From Actinomycetota bacterium (GTDB taxonomy: Bacteria; Actinomycetota; Coriobacteriia; Anaerosomatales; PHET01), in the NCBI GenBank assembly GCA_037445775.1, contig JBBIJX010000002.1:6768-70767 (forward strand): DNA of 64,000 bases. Direction: 5' to 3'. Made by a program: the position numbers and the translations under genes. The notes beneath the pieces are model-generated. The model made no database searches. It saw only the letters and a list, made by a program, of their open reading frames with translations, and had not been told where the DNA came from. Of this stretch, positions 19,681 to 29,659 are shown in pieces (the stretch's first letter is position 1; each line of letters starts with the position of its first letter).

Positions 19681-20657
19681 ACGGGGCCGTGATCATCGTC
19701 GCGGCGTTCGTGCTCGGCGTCGCCGCGCCCTGGCTCGCTATGCGAGCACTGGCGCCTTCGCTAGCGTCGTCGGAGGGTGCCGGGGCCGTCAACTTTCGTG
19801 GGGCTCAGGTCTTCTACGGGCTAGGCACCGTCTGGCTCGTTTGGGCTCCCTGCGTGGTTGGCCTGTGGTTCTGGATCGCACCGGGCGGCTCGTCTTCTGG
19901 ACTCGTGCCGGTTTTCGTCGCCGCCACCGTCGCGCTGCTCGTCTTCGGCTTCGGCCTAGTCGACGACGCGTACGGCACTTCCTCGGATCGCGGCTTCCGC
20001 GGGCATCTCGGAGCGCTCGCGCGGGGTCGGCTCACGACCGGCGGCCTGAAGGTACTCGGCATAGGACTCGTGTCGCTCGTAGCCGGGTTTTACCTGGCTG
20101 GGACGTCGCCTTGGGGTGCGGGCGCGGCACGGCTTTGGGCAGCACCTGTCGCGGGAGCGGCCATCGCACTGACGGCGAACCTGCTTAACCTGCTCGACCT
20201 GAGACCGGGGCGCGCGCTCAAAGCCTACGCGGTGCTCGGCGTGGCCGGATGGGCGCTCGTGACCTTTTCCTGGGTCGACTACGCGGCGTCCGGTCTCGGC
20301 CCGAGTGCGGCTGAGCGCATCATGGACGCGTGCGCGCTCGCGCTTCTTGTCGCTGGTCCCGCGCTCGCGGTGGCGCGGTGGGATTTCGGCGGCGTAGGCA
20401 TGCTCGGCGATGCCGGCGCGAATCCCTTGGGAGCGGTCGCTGCGGTCCTCGTCGTTATCGCCGTCCCGCTCTGGGGGCTGTTCGTCTACACCGCGTTCGT
20501 TTTCGCCCTGAACCTTGCGAGCGAGCGAGTCAGCTTCTCGAAGGTGATCGAGTCATCCGCGCTTCTCAGGCGCATCGATGACTGGGGAAGGCCGCCCGAG
20601 GCGCGGTCGATGCACGCCGGCGAGTTCACCGCCCACCCAAGGCCGGACGGACAGTAG
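19677..20657 (+). CDS. MraY/WecA-like polyprenyl-phosphate sugar-phosphate transferase homologue (GT4/PNPT-like), divergent motifs
   Basis: Polytopic. GLVDDAYG (DD motif), NLLNLLDLRPGRALK in place of NxxNxxDGxDGL, and MLGDAGANPLG versus MraY FMGDTGSLGLG. The GTG start overlaps the upstream stop (GTGA). Confidence 0.6.
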   Translation: MNGAVIIVAAFVLGVAAPWLAMRALAPSLASSEGAGAVNFRGAQVFYGLGTVWLVWAPCVVGLWFWIAPGGSSSGLVPVFVAATVALLVFGFGLVDDAYGTSSDRGFRGHLGALARGRLTTGGLKVLGIGLVSLVAGFYLAGTSPWGAGAARLWAAPVAGAAIALTANLLNLLDLRPGRALKAYAVLGVAGWALVTFSWVDYAASGLGPSAAERIMDACALALLVAGPALAVARWDFGGVGMLGDAGANPLGAVAAVLVVIAVPLWGLFVYTAFVFALNLASERVSFSKVIESSALLRRIDDWGRPPEARSMHAGEFTAHPRPDGQ

Positions 20658-20711
20658 AATCACCACGTGGCCGGGAAGGGCCGCGCGCGAACGAGGGAGA
20701 GACGGGAGCAC

Positions 20712-22325
20712 ATGACCAAGCACATCTTCGTGACCGGAGGCGTCGTGAGTTCGCTCGGCAAGGGCATCACGGCGGCGAGCCTCGGCAGGCTGCTGAAATC
20801 GCGCGGCCTCAAGGTGACCATCCAGAAGCTCGACCCATACCTCAACGTCGACCCCGGCACGATGAGTCCCTTTCAGCACGGCGAGGTCTTTGTCACCGAC
20901 GACGGAGGGGAGACCGACCTCGACCTCGGCCATTACGAGAGGTTCGTGGACGAGTCGCTGTCGCGCGACTGCAACGTCACCGCTGGTTCGGTCTACCAGA
21001 ACCTCATAGGCAAGGAGCGGCGCGGGGACTTCCTGGGTGGCACCGTACAGGTCATCCCGCACGTGACCAATGAGATCAAGGAGCGCGTGAACCGTCTTGC
21101 CGAACAGACCGGTCCCGACGTCATCATCACCGAGGTCGGCGGCACGGTGGGCGACATCGAGTCGCTGCCGTTCCTTGAAGCGATCCGTCAGATGCGCAAG
21201 GACAAGGGGCGCGACAACGTCTGCTACATCCACGTCTCGCTCGTGCCGTGGATCGACGCGTCGAGCGAGCTCAAGACGAAGCCCACGCAGCACTCCGTCA
21301 AGGAGCTTCGGAGCATCGGTATCCAGCCCGACTTCATCGTCTGCCGCAGCGACCGCCCGATCGACGTTGGCATCCGCCGCAAGATCGCACTCTTCTGTGA
21401 CGTCGAGCCCGAGGCCGTCGTGTCCGCTCAGGACGCGCGCAGCATCTACGAGGTGCCCATGCGCCTTCGGGAACAGAAGCTCGACACCATGGTGATGGAG
21501 CGCCTCGCGCTCGACGCCGGCGAGCCCGACATGGCCGAATGGGAGGCGTTCGTCTCGCACTCCGCCGCGCTGCCCTACGAGGTGAGGATCGCCCTGGTGG
21601 GCAAGTACGTCGCGCTGCCTGACGCGTATCTGTCGGTGACCGAAGCGCTCGACCACGCCGGCATCCACCACGACCACAAGGTCAGGGTCGAGTGGGTCGA
21701 CGCCGAATCACTGACCCCGGAGGAGATAATCACGACGTTCGCCGATTTCGACGGCGTGCTCGTGCCCGGAGGCTTCGGCATCCGCGGCGTCGAGGGCAAG
21801 ATCCGCGCTGCTCGATACGCGCGCGAGAACAACGTGCCGTACTTCGGCATCTGCCTGGGGATGCAGGTCGCCGTCGCGGAGTTCGCGCGGCACGTTGCCG
21901 GCCTCGACGGTGCGAACTCGAGCGAGTTCGACCCCGTTACTGAACATCCCGTCATCGACCTCATGCACGACCAGCACGACGTCGCCGACATGGGCGGGAC
22001 GATGCGCCTCGGCGCATACCCGTGCCGCGTGACACCGGGGACGAAGGGTTGGGACGCGTACGGCGAAGAGGTCATCTACGAACGGCACCGGCACCGCTAT
22101 GAGGTCAACAACGCCTATCGCGACCGGCTGGTGGACGCTGGGCTCGTGGTGAGCGGGGTGAGTCCCGATGGCCGGCTCGTCGAGATGGTCGAGCTGCCCG
22201 GCCACCCCTGGTTCTTGGGCAACCAAGGCCATCCGGAGTTCAAGAGCCGTCCTACGCGGCCGGCGCCGCTCTTCCGCGACTTCATAGGCGCTGCGGTCGC
22301 GTTCAAGCGCTCCCGGGGCGCGTAG
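20712..22325 (+). CDS. pyrG: CTP synthase
   Basis: [19 protein letters not shown], and the glutamine amidotransferase segment GICLGMQ...[13 protein letters not shown] lies upstream of ATG 20712. Confidence 0.96.
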   Translation: MTKHIFVTGGVVSSLGKGITAASLGRLLKSRGLKVTIQKLDPYLNVDPGTMSPFQHGEVFVTDDGGETDLDLGHYERFVDESLSRDCNVTAGSVYQNLIGKERRGDFLGGTVQVIPHVTNEIKERVNRLAEQTGPDVIITEVGGTVGDIESLPFLEAIRQMRKDKGRDNVCYIHVSLVPWIDASSELKTKPTQHSVKELRSIGIQPDFIVCRSDRPIDVGIRRKIALFCDVEPEAVVSAQDARSIYEVPMRLREQKLDTMVMERLALDAGEPDMAEWEAFVSHSAALPYEVRIALVGKYVALPDAYLSVTEALDHAGIHHDHKVRVEWVDAESLTPEEIITTFADFDGVLVPGGFGIRGVEGKIRAARYARENNVPYFGICLGMQVAVAEFARHVAGLDGANSSEFDPVTEHPVIDLMHDQHDVADMGGTMRLGAYPCRVTPGTKGWDAYGEEVIYERHRHRYEVNNAYRDRLVDAGLVVSGVSPDGRLVEMVELPGHPWFLGNQGHPEFKSRPTRPAPLFRDFIGAAVAFKRSRGA

Positions 22326-23462
22326 GTGATGAGTGATTCGGGCGGCATCTCCACAGAGCGGCTGGTGGCGACCCTGGTCGAACTGGCGCGCATCTACAGC
22401 CCGGCGGGCAGCGAGGCGGCGTGCGCCGCATACTGCGCCGAAGCGCTGACCGCCGCGGGATGCGAAGTGCGCTTCGATGACAGCGCCGCGCTGACCGGCT
22501 CGGACACGGGCAACCTCATCGCCGAGCTTGCCGGCACGCGTCCGGGCACGCTCGTGCTCTCCGCGCACCTCGACTGCGTCGAGCCTTGCCGCGACGTCGA
22601 CCCGGTCGTGACCGACGGGATCGTGCATTCGCGTGGTGAGACGGTGCTCGGCGCTGACGACAAGGCCGGGCTCGCCGCTGCCATCGAGTGCGTGAGGGTG
22701 TTGTCAGAGCGCACGTCGCGTCCCACGGTGCGGTGCGTGTTCACGGTCCAAGAGGAGGTCGGCCTGCGCGGGGCGAAGGAACTTCGCGCCGTTGACGTCG
22801 CCGGCGACGTATGTCTTGTGCTCGACGCCGACGGTGCACCGGGCGGCATCGTGCGGGCCGCGCCGACGCATTACACGTTCGCCGCGGAGTTCATCGGACG
22901 CGCGGCCCATGCCGGCGTCGCACCCGAGCTCGGCGTCTCGGCCATGACGATGGCGGCTCGCGCCATCACCGCGCTTCCGGCCGGGCGGCTCGACGAGAAG
23001 ACCACAGCGAACGTCGGGACGATCCTGGGCGGTTCGGCCACCAACGTCGTGGCGGCGCGCGTCGACGTCACCGGCGAGTGCCGTTCGCTCGACCGCTCCC
23101 GCGCCGACGCTCTCAAGGTCGAGATGGACGACACGATGCGCCGGGTCGCCGAGGAGTGCGGAGGCGAGATCAAGATCGCTTGGACGCTCGAGTACGAGGG
23201 GTTCGAGGTCTCAGACGACGAGCCGGTCGTCGAGCTCGTGCGTGCCGCGTGCGCGTCTGCGGGCCTCGAGCCGCACCTGTTCGCCACGGGCGGCGGCAGC
23301 GACGCCAACGCCCTCGCTGCGCTCGGGGTGCCCACCGTCGCGCTGTCTTGCGGGATGTCTGGCGTGCACGGCGTCGACGAGCAGATCGCCGTCGTCGACC
23401 TTGTTGCGCTGGCCCGGGTATGCGTGGCGGCCGCCGAGCAGCTTGCCGTCCAAGGGGCGTGA
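22326..23462 (+). CDS. M20-family metallopeptidase (tripeptidase/PepT-like)
   Basis: 378 aa. SAHLDCV, GADDKAGLAA, FTVQEEVGLRGA, GGGSDAN. Confidence 0.8.
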   Translation: MMSDSGGISTERLVATLVELARIYSPAGSEAACAAYCAEALTAAGCEVRFDDSAALTGSDTGNLIAELAGTRPGTLVLSAHLDCVEPCRDVDPVVTDGIVHSRGETVLGADDKAGLAAAIECVRVLSERTSRPTVRCVFTVQEEVGLRGAKELRAVDVAGDVCLVLDADGAPGGIVRAAPTHYTFAAEFIGRAAHAGVAPELGVSAMTMAARAITALPAGRLDEKTTANVGTILGGSATNVVAARVDVTGECRSLDRSRADALKVEMDDTMRRVAEECGGEIKIAWTLEYEGFEVSDDEPVVELVRAACASAGLEPHLFATGGGSDANALAALGVPTVALSCGMSGVHGVDEQIAVVDLVALARVCVAAAEQLAVQGA

Positions 23463-23466
23463 GGGG

Positions 23467-24552
23467 ATGCGGCTGGTCTGGGCGACTGTAGGGCACGTCG
23501 ACGGCGAGACCGGCGACGTTCAGCAACTGCGGGTGGCCCTCGACGACGGCGCGTCCGGTCTCGCGGTGAACTACCGCGCCACGTGTCCCGCGTGCGCGCC
23601 CGGCGACCGGGTGCTTCTCAACACGACCGCGGTCGATCTCGCGCTTGGGACCGGTGGGCGCCATTTCGTCGTCGCTCGCGCCGGAGACGGTGAGGGGGTG
23701 GTGCTCGACGCCCAGGCTGGCGGCCACATCATGAAGCTCCGTTACACGCCGCTGCAGCTCGATGTCCTCGCGGTCGAGTCCCAGGAGTCCCCGTACCACC
23801 CCATAATGCGCGACGCGCGCGACCTCTACGGCATGCCCGTGGTCTGCTGCGGACTGCACAGCCAGGTCCCGCTCGTCGCCGCTGCCGTGAAGCACGCGGA
23901 CCCGTCGCTCTCTGTCGCGTATTGCATGACAGACGAGGCTGCTCTGGTCCTCGCGGTATCGGATCTCGTCCGAGCGAGCGTGAACGCGGGACTCGTCGAC
24001 ACGACCGTCACCTGCGGGCAGGCGTTCGGAGGAGACCTCGAAGCAGTGAACCTATACTCGGGGCTGCTCGCCGCGCGTCACGTCGCCCACGCCGACGTAG
24101 CGGTGGTCGCGATCGGTCCCGGGGTAGTCGGGACGGCGACAGCGTTCGGACACGGCGGTGTCTGCCAGGGTCAAGCCGTCAACGCCGTCTCGGCGCTGCG
24201 CGGAGTACCAGTCGCGTGCCTTCGCGTCTCATTCGCTGACGAAAGGACGCGACACCGTGCCGTGAGCCATCACACACTCGCGGCGCTCACTGATGTCGCG
24301 CTCGCTCCGGCCCGGGTGCCGGTGCCCGCCCTGCCTGAGGAGTATGCGCGTGCAGTCGACGAGTCGCTCGATGATGCCGGCGTCTGGAAACACCATGTCC
24401 GCGCGGACGCAGAATCGGGACGCATGGCTCCGCCGTCGATGAGGGGTGTCACTGTGCGCACGATGGGGCGCGGTCTGAGTGAGGACCCGGCGTTCTTCGC
24501 AGCCGCATTTGCGGCCGGCGAGATTGCATCGCGAATCGCGCACGACGCCTGA
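23467..24552 (+). CDS. Conserved hypothetical protein (resembles DUF3866 from memory)
   Basis: 361 aa. LLNTTAVDLALGTGGRHFV and GGHIMKLRYTPLQ match my recollection of that family; I have not verified this. GAGGGG precedes ATG 23467. Confidence 0.55.
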   Translation: MRLVWATVGHVDGETGDVQQLRVALDDGASGLAVNYRATCPACAPGDRVLLNTTAVDLALGTGGRHFVVARAGDGEGVVLDAQAGGHIMKLRYTPLQLDVLAVESQESPYHPIMRDARDLYGMPVVCCGLHSQVPLVAAAVKHADPSLSVAYCMTDEAALVLAVSDLVRASVNAGLVDTTVTCGQAFGGDLEAVNLYSGLLAARHVAHADVAVVAIGPGVVGTATAFGHGGVCQGQAVNAVSALRGVPVACLRVSFADERTRHRAVSHHTLAALTDVALAPARVPVPALPEEYARAVDESLDDAGVWKHHVRADAESGRMAPPSMRGVTVRTMGRGLSEDPAFFAAAFAAGEIASRIAHDA

Positions 24553-24602
24553 CAGACCGCGGTCCTATGCAACAGCCGGTTTCATGGATGCAGCGCGCGC
24601 CG

Positions 24603-24630
24603 TTGCGCGGCGTTTCCACAACGCTACACT
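24603..24630 (+). promoter_or_regulatory. Candidate sigma-70-type promoter for ald (-35 TTGCGC, 16-nt spacer, -10 TACACT)
   Basis: The hexamers were read directly, about 80 nt upstream of GTG 24711. There is no experimental support. Confidence 0.35.
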
Positions 24631-24710
24631 GGACACGGTTCGGCGTCTGAGCCGGCGCCATTCGCCGCCTGGACGGTGCAGCGTTCTCGATTCGACAGGG
24701 AGGTTCACCC

Positions 24711-25826
24711 GTGATCGTCGGAGTACCCAAGGAGATCAAGAACAACGAGTTCCGCGTGGGCATGACGCCGGGTGGCGCCGCCGAGTTCGTGGCACATGGC
24801 CACACGGTGCTCATCGAGCGGTCCGCGGGAGAGGGTTCCTCGTTCGCGGACTCGGAGTACGTGCGCGCGGGCGCCGAGATCGTCGACGGCGCCGAGGAGG
24901 TTTTCGCCCGGGCCGAAATGATCGTCAAGGTCAAGGAGCCGCAGGCGGTGGAGATCGCCCGCCTTCGCGAGGGCCAGATCCTCTACACGTACCTGCACCT
25001 CGCACCGGACCTTCCGCAGACAGAGGGTCTCGTCGGCTCAGGTGCCGTTTGCATCGCCTACGAGACGGTCGAGCTGCCGAACCGCGCACTGCCCCTGCTT
25101 GCGCCGATGTCCGAGGTCGCCGGCCGCATGGCCGCCCAAGTCGGCGCCGCGTACCTCCAGAAGCCAAACGGCGGAAGAGGCGTCCTCATGGGAGGGGTGC
25201 CGGGCGTCCTGCCCGCTAAGGTCGTCGTGCTCGGCGCAGGCGTGGTGGGCATCAACGCCGCCTACATCGCCTGTGGCATGGGTGCCGAAGTGACCGTCGT
25301 GGATATCAACCTGGATCGGCTGCGCTACATCGATGAGCTCTGGGGCAACCGCATGCGAACGCTCTACAGCAACCGGCACAACATCGAGGACGCCGTCTAC
25401 TCGGCTGACCTTGTCATCGGGTCAGTGCTCCTGCCGGGCGCGCGGACTCCGTGGCTTATCACCCGCGAGATGCTGCCTGAGATGAAGCGAGGGTCGGTTG
25501 TCGTCGACGTCTCGGTCGACCAAGGCGGCTGTATCGAGACGACGAAGGCCACTACGCATGCCGACCCGACGTACGTCGTCGACGGCGTGTTGCACTATGG
25601 CGTCGCCAACATGCCAGGCGCGGTGCCGAACACCTCGACGCTCGCACTGACGAACGCGACGCTGCGATACGGGCTCGCAATAGCGGACAAAGGCTGGCGC
25701 CAGGCGGTCTCCGACGACGCGGCGCTCGCGAAGGGTGTGAACGTGCTCGACGGCACGATCGTCTACGAACCCGTCGCCGAGGCACACGGCATGGCGTATC
25801 GCCCGCTCGATGAGCTGCTCGCGTAA
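24711..25826 (+). CDS. ald: Alanine dehydrogenase
   Basis: [33 protein letters not shown] (NAD-binding site), [11 protein letters not shown]. Confidence 0.94.
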   Translation: MIVGVPKEIKNNEFRVGMTPGGAAEFVAHGHTVLIERSAGEGSSFADSEYVRAGAEIVDGAEEVFARAEMIVKVKEPQAVEIARLREGQILYTYLHLAPDLPQTEGLVGSGAVCIAYETVELPNRALPLLAPMSEVAGRMAAQVGAAYLQKPNGGRGVLMGGVPGVLPAKVVVLGAGVVGINAAYIACGMGAEVTVVDINLDRLRYIDELWGNRMRTLYSNRHNIEDAVYSADLVIGSVLLPGARTPWLITREMLPEMKRGSVVVDVSVDQGGCIETTKATTHADPTYVVDGVLHYGVANMPGAVPNTSTLALTNATLRYGLAIADKGWRQAVSDDAALAKGVNVLDGTIVYEPVAEAHGMAYRPLDELLA

Positions 25827-25901
25827 ACACGCGCCGATCTCCGGCCGACGGACTGGGGCCGCCTCGCATCGCGCGTGGCGGCCCTCGGCTATCATCGACA
25901 C

Positions 25902-26807
25902 ATGGAGACGCTGGCGAACGAGTACCTCGCGTACCTTTCGGTCGAGCGGGGCGCAAGTCATCACACGGTTGCGGCATACCGGCGGGACCTGGGTGAGTAC
26001 GCGGCGTTCCTCGAGGAGCGCGGCATCACCAGCGTCGAGCATGTTCGCCGTGACGACATAACGGCGTTCATTGGTTCTCTCCGCGCGCGGGGGCTTGCAC
26101 CATCCACGGTGCAGCGCAAAGTCGCTGCGGTCCGGGGGTTCCACACCTTCCTTGTGCGCGATGGCATCACCGAGAACCATCCGACGGCGCGCGTCCCGCT
26201 GCCAAGGAAGTCCGGGCTCCTGCCCGACGTGATCTCCATCGATGATGCGGACAGATTGCTGTCGCAGCCGTTCCCGGACGGTCCGGTCGGGCTCAGGGAT
26301 CGCGCGCTGCTGGAGTTGCTCTACGGCTGCGGGCTGCGCGCGAGTGAAGCGTCCGGCCTCGACCTGGCCGAGATCGACGCGGATGGCGGGTTCGTGCGTG
26401 TATTCGGTAAGGGCAGCAAGGAGCGGCTCGTGCCCCTCGGGAGCATCGGGCTCACCGCGCTCGACGCATATGTGCGGAGCGGTCGGCCGTACCTGCGGCC
26501 CGCCGGGAGTGTTGCGGTGGACGGATCCGCAGTGTTCCTCAGTACGCGGGGCCGCAGGCTGTCGAGACAGGCGATCCACACGGTCGTACGTGCATGCGGG
26601 GTCCGGGTCGGGCTCAAGGGGCTGCATCCGCACACCCTCAGGCATTCGTTCGCGACACACCTTCTCGAAGGAGGCGCGGACCTGCGCGCGCTCCAAGAGA
26701 TGCTCGGACACGCCGACATCTCGACGACGCAGGTCTACACACATGTGGACAGACGCCACATTAGGGAAGAATACCTATCGACACATCCGCGCGCGCGTCT
26801 GCGATGA
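25902..26807 (+). CDS. xerD: Tyrosine recombinase XerD-type (chromosome dimer resolution)
   Basis: N-terminal SAM-like domain (YLSVERGASHHTVAAYRRDL). Catalytic segment LRHSFATHLLEGGADLRALQEMLGHADISTTQVYTHV. Confidence 0.88.
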   Translation: METLANEYLAYLSVERGASHHTVAAYRRDLGEYAAFLEERGITSVEHVRRDDITAFIGSLRARGLAPSTVQRKVAAVRGFHTFLVRDGITENHPTARVPLPRKSGLLPDVISIDDADRLLSQPFPDGPVGLRDRALLELLYGCGLRASEASGLDLAEIDADGGFVRVFGKGSKERLVPLGSIGLTALDAYVRSGRPYLRPAGSVAVDGSAVFLSTRGRRLSRQAIHTVVRACGVRVGLKGLHPHTLRHSFATHLLEGGADLRALQEMLGHADISTTQVYTHVDRRHIREEYLSTHPRARLR

Positions 26808-26899
26808 GGTAGCGGAGACTATCGAGGAGAAAGGGCTGGGCGAGTCCGTCGCGCAAGGGATAGACTGAATCAGGAGTTCCGCTCGATGAATATGGGAGG

Positions 26900-27979
26900 G
26901 TGATGTCCGTGAGTTCGAAGTGGAGCAGGTTGTTTGCGGTCATGCTGGCGTTCGTGCTCGTCGCCTCTATGGTGGCGGGTTGCGGCGGTGGTGCCGAGAC
27001 TCCCGAGGAGCCGGCCGCCGAGGAGCCGACCACAGCCGTCAAGGCTGCGATGGTCACTGACATCGGTGGTCTGGGTGACAAGTCGTTCAACGATCTCTCA
27101 TACGCGGGGCTCCAGCGTGCGGAAACCGAACTCGGCGTGCAGATCGAGGTCATCGAGTCGAAAGAGCCTACCGACTACGAGAGCAACATCAACCAGCTCG
27201 CGGCTGCGGGCTTCAATCCGATCTTCGCCGTCGGGTTCCTGATGACCGATACGCTCATCAAGGTCGCGCCCGAGTTTCCGGAGGTCAACTTCGGCGGCAT
27301 CGACATCTTCTTCGAAGAGCCGGCCCCCAACGTCGTCGGCCTGAACTTCAAGGAGCACGAGGGGGCGTTCCTCGCCGGCGTGCTCGCTGGCAAGCTCACG
27401 ACGATGACCGATGTCGACCCGCGCATCAACGGCAAGAAGGTGGTCGGGTTCGTGGGCGGCATGCCGGTTCCTGCCGTTGTACGTTTCGAGGCGGGCTTCA
27501 TCGCCGGCGTCAAGTCCGTTGACAAGGACATAGAGGTCAAGAGCATCATGACCAACACCTTCACGGACCAGCAGAAGGGCCTCGAGTCGGGCAAGGCGCT
27601 GATCGAGCAGGGCGCCGACATCATCTTCGCGGCCGCGGGTGCTACCGGAACCGGTACCGCGAAGGCGTGCACGGACAACAAGGCGCTCTTCATCGGTGTC
27701 GATGCTGATCAGCACGAGACGATCGAGGGCATCGGCGACACGATCATCACGTCGGTGCTGAAGCGCGTGGACGCCGGCGTCTTCGAGGTCGTGAAGGCGC
27801 AGGTCGACGGCGTGCTCGCCGGGGGCGAGAACAAGGTCTTCGGGCTCGCGGAAGACGCGGTTGGCCTCGCTCCGTACTACGAGTGGGACATGAAGCTGCC
27901 GCAGGAGGTCAAGGACGCCATCGAGAAGGCGCGTACGGACATCATCTCTGGGGCCGTGACGGTTCCCGAGAGCAAGTAG
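26900..27979 (+). CDS. BMP-family (basic membrane protein / PnrA-like) ABC transporter substrate-binding lipoprotein
   Basis: Lipobox MVAGC. MVTDIGGLGDKSFND is typical of BMP/nucleoside-binding lipoproteins. GGGAGGG precedes the start. Confidence 0.85.
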   Translation: MMSVSSKWSRLFAVMLAFVLVASMVAGCGGGAETPEEPAAEEPTTAVKAAMVTDIGGLGDKSFNDLSYAGLQRAETELGVQIEVIESKEPTDYESNINQLAAAGFNPIFAVGFLMTDTLIKVAPEFPEVNFGGIDIFFEEPAPNVVGLNFKEHEGAFLAGVLAGKLTTMTDVDPRINGKKVVGFVGGMPVPAVVRFEAGFIAGVKSVDKDIEVKSIMTNTFTDQQKGLESGKALIEQGADIIFAAAGATGTGTAKACTDNKALFIGVDADQHETIEGIGDTIITSVLKRVDAGVFEVVKAQVDGVLAGGENKVFGLAEDAVGLAPYYEWDMKLPQEVKDAIEKARTDIISGAVTVPESK

Positions 27980-28005
27980 TGCCCGTGCGTGTTTGATCGG
28001 CCGTA

Positions 28006-28048
28006 GGCCCGGCCGGGCCACAACACCCGGCCGGGCCTCGTTCGTCTC
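28006..28048 (+). terminator. Perfect 12-bp GC hairpin (GGCCCGGCCGGG / CCCGGCCGGGCC, 8-nt loop) plus a T-containing tail after the binding-protein gene
   Basis: The arms at 28006-28017 and 28026-28037 are exact reverse complements, followed by tcgttcgtctcg. This is probably a partial terminator or mRNA-stabilising hairpin between the binding-protein and ATPase genes. Confidence 0.6.
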
Positions 28049-28063
28049 GCGACAGGAGCGGCG

Positions 28064-29659
28064 ATGCCCACCGACGAACTCCGCGCGTGCGATGTGTCCC
28101 CTGAGCAGGGTACGGGCACGCCTATCCTAGAGCTCCGCGGAATCACGAAGCGCTTCCCGGGCGTGCTCGCCAACGACGACGTGAGCGTCGAGGTGCACGC
28201 AGGTCGCGTCGTCGCATTGCTTGGCGAGAACGGCGCCGGCAAGTCCACGCTCATGAACGTCGCGTACGGGTTGCTCGGCCCGGATTCGGGAGAGATACTC
28301 GTTGACGGGCAGCCCGTGAGCATCAGCCAGCCGCGCGACGCGATCGATCTGCGCATCGGCATGGTGCACCAGCACTTCATGCTGGTCGAACCTCTTACGG
28401 TTACGGAGAACATCGTACTTGGGCTCGAGCCGACGAGCGCCCTCGGCGTGCTCGACCGCTCCCGCGCCCGCTCCAAGGTGATCGAGCTATCGGCCCGTTA
28501 CGGCCTCAAGGTCGATCCGGACGCGCGGATCATGGATCTGTCCGTTGGGATGCAACAACGTGTCGAGATCCTCAAGACACTCTACCGCGATGCGCGCATC
28601 CTCATCCTCGACGAGCCGACTGCGGTGCTCACCCCTCAGGAGGTCCGCGAACTCTTCGACATCGTTCGGGAGCTGGTCGACGAGGGCCTCGCGGTGGTCA
28701 TCATCACGCACAAGCTCGAGGAGGTCATGTCTTTCGCCGACGAGATCGTCGTCATGCGCGCAGGTCGCGTAGTGGGCACCACGACGCCAGGACAGTGCGA
28801 CCAGGCCTCGCTTGCTCGGATGATGGTCGGCCGCGACGTCGTGCTGCATGTCGAGAAGACCCCGGTTCAGACCGGAGACGTTCTGCTGGAGGTGAGCGGT
28901 CTTGAGGTTCTCGACGACCGCAAGCTCGAGGCGTTGCGGGGTGTGTCCTTCTCGATCCGCGCCGGAGAGATCGTAGGCATCGCAGGTGTCGACGGGAACG
29001 GGCAACGGGAGCTCGTCGAGGCGGTCATGGGTCTGAGAAGGCCCCGCAAGGGCTCGATCACGCTCATGGGCCGTGATATCACACGCGATGACCCCCGGCG
29101 AACGATCGAGTCGGGCGTCTCGCACGTCCCGGAGGACCGGCACAGACGCGGACTCGTGCTCGATTTCGATCTTGTCGAAAACACGGTGCTCGGCGACCAT
29201 CGACGCAGGCCCTTTTCGCGGTTCGGAGTGCTCGACCGCGCGGCGATCGAGCGAGAGGCAGCATCGCGCATCGCCGAGTACGACGTGCGAACGCCTGATG
29301 TGCACGTGGCCGCAGCCAACCTGTCCGGCGGCAACCAGCAGAAGCTAGTGCTCGCGCGCGAGCTCGGTCGCGACCCCGAGGTGCTCGTCGCCGCTCAGCC
29401 CACACGCGGCCTCGATGTCGGGGCGATCGAGTTCGTACACCGTCGCATCCTCGCGGAACGCGATGCCGGCAAGGGGGTCTTGCTCGTGAGCATGGAACTC
29501 GAGGAGATCATGTCGCTCTCAGACCGCATCCTCGTGATGTTCGAGGGCCGCATCGCCGCCGAGTTCGAGGGAGGTAGTGTCACCGAGGCGGAGTTGGGGA
29601 TTCACATGACCGGCGGTGCGCGGAAAGCCGGGACATCGGAAGGGGGAGCGGATGCCTGA
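28064..29659 (+). CDS. ABC transporter ATP-binding protein with duplicated ATPase domains
   Basis: 531 aa. Walker A GENGAGKST, signature LSVGMQQRVEI, and a second signature LSGGNQQK. Confidence 0.9.
   Translation: MPTDELRACDVSPEQGTGTPILELRGITKRFPGVLANDDVSVEVHAGRVVALLGENGAGKSTLMNVAYGLLGPDSGEILVDGQPVSISQPRDAIDLRIGMVHQHFMLVEPLTVTENIVLGLEPTSALGVLDRSRARSKVIELSARYGLKVDPDARIMDLSVGMQQRVEILKTLYRDARILILDEPTAVLTPQEVRELFDIVRELVDEGLAVVIITHKLEEVMSFADEIVVMRAGRVVGTTTPGQCDQASLARMMVGRDVVLHVEKTPVQTGDVLLEVSGLEVLDDRKLEALRGVSFSIRAGEIVGIAGVDGNGQRELVEAVMGLRRPRKGSITLMGRDITRDDPRRTIESGVSHVPEDRHRRGLVLDFDLVENTVLGDHRRRPFSRFGVLDRAAIEREAASRIAEYDVRTPDVHVAAANLSGGNQQKLVLARELGRDPEVLVAAQPTRGLDVGAIEFVHRRILAERDAGKGVLLVSMELEEIMSLSDRILVMFEGRIAAEFEGGSVTEAELGIHMTGGARKAGTSEGGADA

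Noticed and set aside
25422-26759. A 445-aa ORF on the - strand opposite ald/xerD
   Set aside because: It is a shadow frame of well-supported + strand genes, with no recognisable motifs and no SD/start context.
25902-26807. The tyrosine recombinase as a marker of an integrated mobile element
   Set aside because: The sequence is XerD-type, with the full SAM-like N-terminal domain and the RHSFATHLL...HADISTTQVYTHV catalytic segment. The flanks are housekeeping genes (ald and an ABC importer). I found no tRNA, att-like repeats, excisionase or phage genes nearby.
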